The notes under the pieces were generated by a model. The model searched no databases and was not told the origin of the DNA. It saw only the letters and a list, made by a program, of their open reading frames with translations. Below, piece after piece: positions 54,626 through 64,000 of a DNA stretch of 64,000 nt (its first letter is position 1; every line of letters starts with the position of its first letter). Made by a program: the position numbers and the translations under genes. The DNA is taken from NCBI GenBank assembly GCA_000165425.1, contig CT868014.1:186001-250000 (forward strand), given 5' to 3'. This DNA is from Paramecium tetraurelia (lineage: Eukaryota).

Positions 54626-57051
54626 TAATATTAACAATAATTATAACAATAGTAATAATAATAATAGTAAAGATTTATTCTATAAAATACATCTATATTT
54701 TCAATGCCACAACCTCCCTAACCTTTACTACCTTAAACACTCCCTTAAAATCATCCTCCGATACCCTCTATATCAATACTTTAATAACAACAATAATCAT
54801 TATAATAATTCTAATAATAACGTCAAAATTAATCATAAATTTTGCAATAATCAGGAGCATAACAAGTTAGACAATTTTATGATAAGTTCTTTAAAATGAA
54901 TGAAAATTAATAGGATTAATCTTAATCATATTAATAATACCTTAAACAGTTTTACGATAATATTATATAATCAAGACAGTAATAATAAAATCAGCAGTAA
55001 TAAGAATAACAATAGAATCAGAATCAATAATAAAATTTGATACAAGAATAGCAGCCATAATAAGCTGAAGAAAAATTCTTAAATAATATTGAGGAGTTAG
55101 ATGAATCAGACTCGAAATAATAAAAAAGAGAGAGAAAAGTGAGTGCAAAGATATCACATGTAGAAATCGATATAATTACCGCATTGTGCAAAATTCTGAA
55201 TAACCATTTACTTAGAGATTGCAATTCTACTGAAATTATTAACATACTTAATACATATGCAAATGATAGATTAAAAATAGAACATGCTATAAATGAATTG
55301 ACAAAATATATAATATAGCAATCAAAGATATTCAATTATGAGTTGGATAGAAAAAGAAAATAACTTAGAGAAATCACAAGCTAATTAGAAAAGGTGGCCG
55401 AGCATGGTCCTGAAAGATAATAGTAGTTGTCTCAATAAGAAAATGAAATAATCAGAGAACTTAATTAAAAAACACCAGATCCTAGTATCATTCAAAGATG
55501 TTTTATAGCAATAACAGGGTTTTTGAATATTAGCTTAAGTATATCAGATTAATAAAAATAATCTGCAAATAAACCAAGTTCATAATAAACTAGATAACAA
55601 ATTTAATTAGATAAAAAGAAATATAAATTGCATTAACAAGGTAAAAATGTAGATGACTCATAAGAAGTTGACATTTTATCTAAGAAAGATATTAGAAAAT
55701 AATTCATTAATATATTGTAAACAAGATAAACTCATCATTTGTGGCTTAACGTAGTGGAAACATTATTATTGATTTTCAATTGTAAAGGTCAGAGATCATT
55801 AGAATTGTTATAGAAAAAACTTTACCCTCTTTTAGAGTGTTTCTTAAGGCTTTACTAAAATGTACATGACGATTCAAATAATTCAGATTCCCTTATTTCA
55901 GGTTCTTCTGATCCTAACTTTTTTGAGCGAAATGCAAGTGGATCTGCCACTAACTCATTGTAATTTGGCTTATTATAAACTCAGAACATTCATTTGAAGC
56001 GTTCATTTTCTGCAGTAAGAAATGAAAACGAAATGTAAATGAAAATAGATGAACTATTCACTTATCTTTGTATTAATGGTAAACGACTCATTAATCATTT
56101 GATTTCATAAAGGCTTCAGTAGGTTACTATAGACCACAAGTAAAATTAGAATTCAAATCTCATCAAATTATTCAAAGAGACAGATCCTTTGGCTTTTGTT
56201 TTCTTTAAAATGAGTCAAATAATTTCTTTCGAGAATAAAAAGCACTTATTTGAATTAGATTTAGAGGCTTTGAAAATAAGTGAAAAATCAAATACTCGAT
56301 CAAGAGGTAGATAAAATGAAACTATTGAAATAAATGTTGTTAGAGAAACAAGGCTATAACAATCGTTGGAAAAGGTTATTAATATTGATAAGGCGAAGTT
56401 TAGAAAATGCGATATTAAAATAAGATATCAAGGAGAAAAAGGTTAGGATGAAGGTGGCATTAGAAAGGAGTGGATGACTAATCTTGTTAAAGATATCCTT
56501 TAAACAGATAAATTCGAATTAACACCTAAAAGATTTTACAAAATTAATCCAAATAAAAAAGCATAAGAGGATTTGAATCATTATAAACTATTAGGCAAAA
56601 TAGTTGCTAAAAGTATTTACGATGGATTGCTTTTACCTGTTTATTTCATCTCCCCTATTTTTAAATAAATTCTTTAGAAAAAGCCTAGCTTTGATGATCT
56701 TGAGCATTATAATGAAGGATATTATGACACCTTTATAAAATTCTTAAATGATGAAACATAAGTTCAATATAAAGATTTATTTGAATTTTGGATTCCAGAA
56801 GAATATGCAAGTCTAATAGAATAAAACAAAAAACTTATCTTTGCTGATCTACTTTAAGACTATATAGAAAAGAACCCTATTGAGATAAAATAAGAATAAT
56901 AATCAGAGTAAGATTCTAAATAGGAGCCTTTATAAACTTAGGAGTAAGATTAACCAAAATAATAATCATAAGAATAATAATAGCAATAGGAATAATAAGA
57001 ATAATAATAATAATAGCAATAGGAATAATAAGAATAATAATAAGAATAGCA

Positions 57052-57085
<34 letters not shown>

Positions 57086-58511
57086 GAATAATAATAAGAA
57101 TAGTAATAAGAATAATAATAAGAATAATAATAAGAATAATAATAATAGGAATAATAATAGAAACAATAATAATAAGAAAAAAAATAGCAATAGTAATAAG
57201 AATAACAATAGTAATAATAGGAATAATAAAAATAATAGGAATAATAAGAATAACAGGAACAATAGCAATAGGATTCATAACAACAAGAATCATAGGAAGA
57301 AAAACAATAAATTTTGGAATGGGAATAACAAAAATATGAATAAGAAATACTATTGTAATAATAATTGCAACAATAATATCACTTCTAGAAATATTTATAA
57401 ATATAAGAAGAATTAAAGAAAGAACAATTATTAATTTAATAATAATAATAGTAATTATTAGATTAATATTTGATTTCTGAAACACAAAAACTATAATTCC
57501 TTACTCAGAATGCATTATAATAAAAATAAGAAGACTTACAGTAATAAGAGGCATCATTATTAGAGCTAAATTTCGAATAATATGAATAATAATAATAATT
57601 ATTATTATATCTATAATTGCAGTAAGAACATTAACGTTAATCCTAAAAACTTATGGAAGAAGAATAATAACGATTGGAATAGTAATAAAAATAATAAGCA
57701 GAATAAGCAGAATAAAATTAGGTAGAATCAGAAGTGATGGTTCCACTCTTAAAAGCTCAGTCAGAGGGAAAATAATATAAAATAAAGAAGGAATCTGAAG
57801 ACATTACAGCTGAAGATATGGAAAATAGGGAGAAGAAAAGACTTATTAGAAAGAATAAAAAAAAATAGTTGAATGATGAAGTTGTAAAATGCATTAAATT
57901 GTAAGAAGTGTTTGATAAATAAACTGCTCTTGTATCAATTAAACATAAAAGATTAATTTGTGAATTTATTAGTAAAAGGATTATGTTGGAGGAGATCAAA
58001 AATTAAATTTCAGCATTAAGAGAAGGCTCCTTTGACATTTTATCTAAAGAGCTTTTCTCTTACATGGATTGGAGAGATCTTTAAAAACTGATAATAGGAG
58101 TTCCTTCAGTAGATCGGTAATTTATTTTAATATTCCTTTAGTGGAAGATTTATAAGCAAATACTGAATACATAAATTACGATAAGAATAACTAAACAGTC
58201 TAATGGTTTTGGGAAGTCTTGACGACCTTAAGTGACTCTGAGAAAGCTGATTTCCTAATGTTTGCAACAGGAAGTCCTCTAGTTCCTTTTGGAGGATTTA
58301 AGAATCTAAGAGGTCCAAATGGTCCAAGAAAGTTCTCTATTTCGAAAGACTTTAATAATGAACATTTTATTAAGGCTCATGCATGGTATTTATATTATTT
58401 ATTTCTAGCTTTAATCGTATTGATTTGCCAGAATATTCTTCTAAGGATATATTAAGAGAAAAATTGCTAAAATCTTTAAAAGAATCAGGTTCAGGATTTG
58501 AATTAAGTTGA
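46271..58511 (+). CDS. Giant HECT E3 ubiquitin ligase (HUWE1/Tom1/UPL1-like) with UBA domain and polyQ regions, ~4000 aa
   Basis: Long table-6 frame with few introns (continuity spot-checked, not read in full). UBA-like MIDDICDMGFKQQLIKKAI at ~50030. HECT motifs YQGEKGQDEGGIRKEW, LGKIVAKSIYDG, VQWFWEVL, FLMFATGS..VPFGGF and KAHAC(catalytic)FNRIDLPEY. Confidence 0.9.
54533..54628 (+). repeat. (TAA)n microsatellite encoding 32 consecutive Gln, including 26 uninterrupted TAA (54545-54622)
   Basis: Direct count, in frame with the HECT ligase (..FRQHEL-Q32-YQQQLQ..). Confidence 0.9.
56960..57310 (+). repeat. Imperfect TAA/TAG/CAA/GAA trinucleotide repeat encoding (E)QQQ low-complexity protein inside the HECT domain
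   Basis: Units such as GAATAATAATAA and GAATAATAATAGCAATAG. Reads QEQQQQQEQQEQQQ... in table 6. Confidence 0.9.
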
Positions 58512-58519
58512 TATATTAA

Positions 58520-59378
58520 TAATATTATTTCTTATAAACAAGTATTCAAGACTTTCATTGGCTTACAGTTAGATATAGAATAATTTTAACCTTATCCTAC
58601 CAAATGGTTTGCTCAGAAAATATTTTCTATGTTTTCTATAATACAAAAAGTACACCCCAACACTTGTTAGTTAATATGATGTAATCATCATAGACATTAC
58701 TATTAATTGCTATAAATGATTTTCAGTTTTAATGCAAAATAGCGATCCTTTCTTATAATAAGTATAAAAATCCTAATAAATAAGAGTAGCAGCTGAGATA
58801 AGTTCGCTCAAAATTATAATAAATACTTATTATTGTTTATTTTGCATATCAACTTATTTGAGATATGCAAAATTACCAATTGGTTATTAATATCTTACCC
58901 TACTAAAATAATAATGGATGTCAGCTAGTATAAAAGATCCAGAATAGAGATTCACAATCGCAACAAGAAAGATCAAAAATGATATACAAATCCAAAATGA
59001 TTAATCACAATAATAGAAATCTCCTTCTATGATGTAGATCGTTGCCCATACAATTAAAAGTATTAACAAAATAACAAATTTAGTTCTTTTTGATAACTAG
59101 TATTCCTATTAAACATACATTTTCGTAAAACGAATCATTTTTGTTTTGCATAATAGTAAAATTTTCTAAGATTAAAACAACTGATAAGAGCCTTGATATT
59201 CTAAGTGCACCCATAAATAAAGTTAATTATTTAATTATAAATGCCAAATAAAGCAGTTCTAAGTCAATAAAATTGTTTACATTAGAATGTAAATAAATAA
59301 AAAAATATTCCTCTCTACTTTATCTAATACATCATTAATGTCTTTTCTGATTCTATACGATGCAATTAACATATTCAT
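58520..59378 (-). CDS. Putative multi-pass membrane protein (boundaries uncertain)
   Basis: Hydrophobic segments FVILLILLIVWATIYII and FWICISFLIFLVAIVNLYSGSFIL. Intron structure unresolved. Confidence 0.45.
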
Positions 59379-59496
59379 TAATAAAAACCCAGTTAGAAAA
59401 TGCTAAACAACCTTATTAGATTGTGAATTCGTAATTCATTAAATTAAATTACACAAATTATTTATATACAATTTAGTCAACATTCAGTTTAAATTC

Positions 59497-62400
59497 GAAT
59501 TCTCTTCATTTCTCGACTAAACATAGATGATTTGTTTCGTATTAGTGAGTTGATGTTACTGTTATTATCTAAGGATTGATTAATTTCACAATCTTGATTT
59601 GTCACAAAAAAATGACTCGGTTTAATATTTAATTGATTTTTCGAAAAGTAAGGTAAAGTTAACTATCTATTTTTTGTGGTTGAGCGTTATTAGATTGGTC
59701 CAATCAAAGACTTTAGTTTATTTTTTATCCTTTGATTCTATCCATCCTCGCATTAAGTAATAGGAGATGTATCTAAATTGCTTTGTTCTTCTGTGCTTCG
59801 TAGAGTAGTCTACTTGATAAATATTTAGATTACCTCGATTTTTATCATTTTTGAGTCATCCTACTTGCTTTAATTTTATTCAGGTTGTTAACTTAATTAG
59901 TTCTGAACATTCTTGTTCCTTTATAGAATAAAAAGAAAAAATTTACATATTTCTAAGCCTATGAAACAATTAAAAACGAGACTGGCTTTATAAATTAAAT
60001 GAAATCGCTTTACTCATTGCTCTTGAGTCCTCTAAATGCTTACTTAGATAACTCTAATACTCTTATGCAGATTTGTCCTATATTTAATACATTTTATTTA
60101 AAGATGTATCAATGTATTCATATTATTTTGATTTATTCATTTAACAATGTTAAATAATATCCCTTGTTCTATTTTTTATCTTTTGATTATTAAGAAATGA
60201 TTACATCAATAGATTTAGTAGTATTATTATCTGATTATTTTTTAACTTAAGGAATCGGTAAATCAATTCTGCAATTCTTTTTTGTACTATACAATAATGC
60301 CAAACTTTTCTCGCATTTCATATTTCTCCACTTAATAAAGGCCTCCACATTTTTCCAATCACTCAATGGTTTTGTATACAACTTGTTACATAGGGGTTAC
60401 ACTATTCCAACTGGTTCGCTTGATAAAATTAGCTAGATTACTTGAGAGTAAGAGGGCAGTGAGCTTATATTTCTTTAATCAAACTCTTTCTTTGAGACTT
60501 CATTTAGATAATAAATTAACTTAATTATTGTGTTAACTAATTCAATCAAATTAATAATCATCCAAAACCGCTAATATGTTTAATTATGCTATAATTTGTC
60601 ATATGTCTTTTGCTTTTATTTTTAGTTTATCTAATCTCTGTAAAAGTACCTATATTTTTTAAACTATGTAAATCTTTTGAGAATGAAGGCTTTAAATTGA
60701 ATTCATCCTCTCTTATTTTCTTACTTTGTTAGAGTGATCTGTGGCTTTTTGAATTTGATTGCAATTTTACCAAGGTCTTAGTAAAATTGGCTTTCGTCTC
60801 TCTTTAAGTTTATAAACCTGATGATGGAGTATATGCTTTTGAATATTTCCTCTCTGTTTATGATCGATGTATCTTACTAATAAAATCAATAATTTACAGA
60901 TGTAAATGTTACAGGCAGACTGACTTTTTGAATGGATTCATTTGATTACAAATTCTCAGTCAATACGTTTTGTTTGAGATTTTGATTTCTAATATCAAAT
61001 AGAATAATGTTACAATGATTATAATTTTTTCAACAATTAGTCTTTTGTTAATTGTTTTAAATTATATGTATGCTAAGATGTATTATCAATTTCAATATGC
61101 TTATCTAGAGATTGTTAGAATTTCGAAAAGGAGTTGTCCAGAATTGAAGACATCTTACTGTCAAATTATGATTCTTAGAATTCGAGTCTATGTTTTTACT
61201 TGTTTAATTGATTTTATCTTATATGCCTCAATAAAAATGATGTGCTCTAATTAATAACATAAAGTAGTAACATTTTTAATTTTCTTATATTCTTCATTTT
61301 CAATATTTACATTTTATATGGTATCAAAAAATTGTTGATCTGATCTATGAATTTTGTACTGCTAACACAATTTAATTGCTAATCTTTTATCACATTTGAA
61401 TAATCTGAGCTTGATAAATTAATCACAATCTGTCCATTCAATGGGCTTCCTAGAAAGATTGGGAAAGTCGTTTATGTTAAGTTTTTTGTGTTCTTTGTTT
61501 TATTTAAAGAGATTGTGTTCATAAGTTTTGAGTTCTTTTATAATACTTTTTTGAGGTTTCATCAAATTTATAATGATATTTTCTAAGAAATAAAAAATTA
61601 TAAACAAATCTCAGAGAGTTCCTGTTTTCTTGAATAACAATATGCGAAACGAATTACTAATAAGATAAAAATAGAATTTATATATATTGATATAGAAGTT
61701 GATCTCACCTTAAATCGATTTAGCTTTTTTATTGATTAGCGTGATTCATTTTCACTATTGCTTTTGCTTTTGATTGCTAAATCATTAAGATGTTTAATTT
61801 ACTTAATTCTCCCAAACTTCCTTAGAACTCTTAAGAAATATTTTATTGATGTCTTTTGGTTTTATTGGAACTATAGGAGGTGATAACTATTGTGACATGG
61901 CACTTTGAATAAATCTCTTCTTTCCATTCTTTATCTCTGATTAGGTCTTACATATTTAGTACGATGAGAGAAGGTTTTTTTGGTTTTTTACCTGAGTCTT
62001 AAATAGTCTATCAGTTTAACTCTAAAAAGATTCTGAATATACGTATAAATTTACAGTTATTCATATGACCTTAAAGGTCGAGATAGCTTTTTAGTTTTTA
62101 AGTTGACTCATGTGATTTATATTTGCCTAGACCATAGTTATCTTCCTTATAATCTTTTACTTGCATCTAAGATAGCAAATAATATTACAGCACTAATTGG
62201 TAAATTAATTCGATGAGAAAAGTCTTGTTGTCGTTATTCACAAGTTCTAAAATGATAAATTTAACATACTTTAAAATTCTTTTCGAATCCTTTTAAGAAC
62301 TTTCGTTATTAGCATTATATCTAATATTTGATGAACATCTTTTCTCTGGTGATTGAAATTTGTCTAAACTTGGAATCAATGTTCTTTTGGTATTTGAATC

Positions 62401-62652
62401 TTCTCGTGACTTTCTCTCTGTGGCATAATTTTTTGGTCTGGTTATTTCACTCTTGATTGGTGTAGTATTTTCCTTAAAAATTTCAGAACTCTAATGTAGT
62501 TTCTTATAAGCCTCATTGTTAGGATTTCTCTTCCCACTCAATACTGTTGGATGCTATTTTTTGCATGATGAATTTAGAGCCTCATAATTGCTTGTAGTAT
62601 CTTTCTTATTGGTTAACCTTAAAAACAGTTGGTATTTGTCGTATTATTCCAT
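59497..62652 (-). CDS. Hypothetical basic/low-complexity protein(s); may be one or two genes
   Basis: ATG 62652 gives MEQYDKYQLFLRLTNKKD... Long table-6 frames with GT..AG micro-introns continue to ~59500. No domain recognised. Confidence 0.45.
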
Positions 62653-63539
62653 TATATTGGCTAACAGATAATATTTATTTATATAATTTATTATAGATTT
62701 ATAAAATCAAAAGAATTCATTATATTATCTTAAATGAATTCTGCAAAAATGCTTAAAGTTGTTTCAATAATTCAGACAAATCAATGATACTTAAAGGAAA
62801 TTATTTTTTTTTATATAAAATAATAAATTTTTATAAGAAATTGGGAAAATAATAATTAATTCAAAGATTTTTTATTGAAACTAGATGAAAGTAGATAGAT
62901 GTATGATTTTTATACCTTTAATCTGTCGGGATTTATTTAAGAATTATTGAAGATTCAAAAATTCTAAGAATTTAAATAATTTATACTATTTTAACCAATA
63001 ATGATTAAAATTCTTATGTATATACACTTTATTATGTATATATAAGATAAAGTTGAATAAACATTTAAGAAAATAGTGTAATTGCTGATTATAAACATGA
63101 AATAAGAATTCACCATCCAAAATATTAGATTAAAATATTATAGGAGAATGTTTGTTTGTTGAAGAAGTTGTCAATGCAACTGTAGGAGAAGAATAACTAA
63201 TATATATATATAAGCCATTACCACTTGAGTGATTATTAAAACAGACAATAAACCAAAGAAAAAAATTAAAAATGTTATGAAATAGTTGGAATCATCTTAA
63301 TTTTCGTAATGAGAGTATATGTTATATGAGGCAATTTTAGAAATAAGCTATAACATCAAATGTAAAAACATCAAGAAACTTAGATTGTTTGATTTTGCTT
63401 ATATGATAAATCCAACTCTATAAAAATTATAATCATAGAATTATCTAAATTTATAAATCTATCAAGCAATAAAAAGCTAATAAGTTCATGATTCAGATGC
63501 TAAATCAAACACCTTTCTTAAAAGAAAGATTAAGGACCT

Positions 63540-64000
63540 TCACTCTCTTAAAAGTTATCCTGTTAATCCTATATATGAATCTAATTATTCAAACTATTTT
63601 AAATTTTTTTGATCTACTTTAAAATCTAATATTTTTCTTTAACTTTCAAACTTCTGATTCTTGTTTATTCTCACTCAATTCTTCTTCTTGAATTATTATC
63701 TCATTAAAGTAGATATCAATAGATATGTTAGTATCAATATAAAGAACAATAATATCTCTTTCATTAATGAATAATAAACTAGCTGTATCATTTCTAGAAT
63801 TTTGGTCTTCATCAGATTAATTAGTTTGAAAACAATCCTTCTCCTGTCTAACTTTATCTATTAATTAGTTTAGTTTTTGACCTTTCTATAAACTCTGAAT
63901 TTTATCCATCAAGTTTGTCATCAATTTAATTTACGTTACTGTTAGGATTATCTTTGATTTAAGTTATGTTTCTTCTTCCTTCATTATGTAAGATGAGATG
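63540..64000 (-). CDS. 3' end of a hypothetical coiled-coil-like protein (5'-partial)
   Basis: Open table-6 frame from the window edge to TGA 63540-63542 (..QFEQLDSYIGLTGQLLRE*). Confidence 0.5.

Noticed and set aside
54441..54899. Poly-Asn ORF in the supplied track
   Set aside because: Wrong frame. The same (TAA)n is poly-Gln in the HECT ligase frame under table 6.
56960..57310. Possible CRISPR-like or satellite array
   Set aside because: No constant repeat with unique spacers. It is a degenerate coding trinucleotide repeat.
56916..57485. Poly-Ile and poly-Leu 'membrane protein' ORFs on the minus strand
   Set aside because: Antisense shadows of the TAA/GAA repeat inside the HECT gene.
62880..63500. 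Possible plus-strand gene
   Set aside because: Frames are interrupted by TGA without convincing introns, so no model can be supported.

Overview
AT-rich, very gene-dense eukaryotic DNA in the ciliate genetic code (TAA/TAG = Gln, TGA the only stop) with many 20-33 nt GT..AG introns. This is most consistent with a Paramecium somatic (macronuclear) chromosome; the genus is inferred, not proven. The supplied ORF track uses the standard code and no splicing, so it fragments or misreads most genes. I re-translated by hand with table 6 and support about 38 protein-coding genes. They include a NEK kinase, a GH13 alpha-amylase-like enzyme, RPL12, a CRAL-TRIO protein, TAF10-like, a USE1-like SNARE, an AKAP28/EF-hand protein, DP, kinesin-13, a divergent centrin, an unknown tandem paralog pair, PEPCK, a SAC phosphatase, a CAMK/CAMKK pair, two HSF-like genes, a pseudokinase, LAMTOR3-like, GDT1, RPLP0, SIZ/PIAS, Pelota, mitochondrial uS9 and a 12-kb HECT E3 ligase. 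No tRNA, rRNA, CRISPR array or intact transposon was seen. The most unusual observations are: a ~330-aa Gln/Glu insertion inside the HECT domain; an ATGA stop/start overlap between kinesin-13 and DP; divergent gene pairs whose ATGs are only 8-17 bp apart; an intronless tandem family with no recognisable domain; and an AKAP14-like domain fused to EF-hands. All family calls come from remembered motifs, not database searches, and the boundaries of hypothetical genes are approximate.
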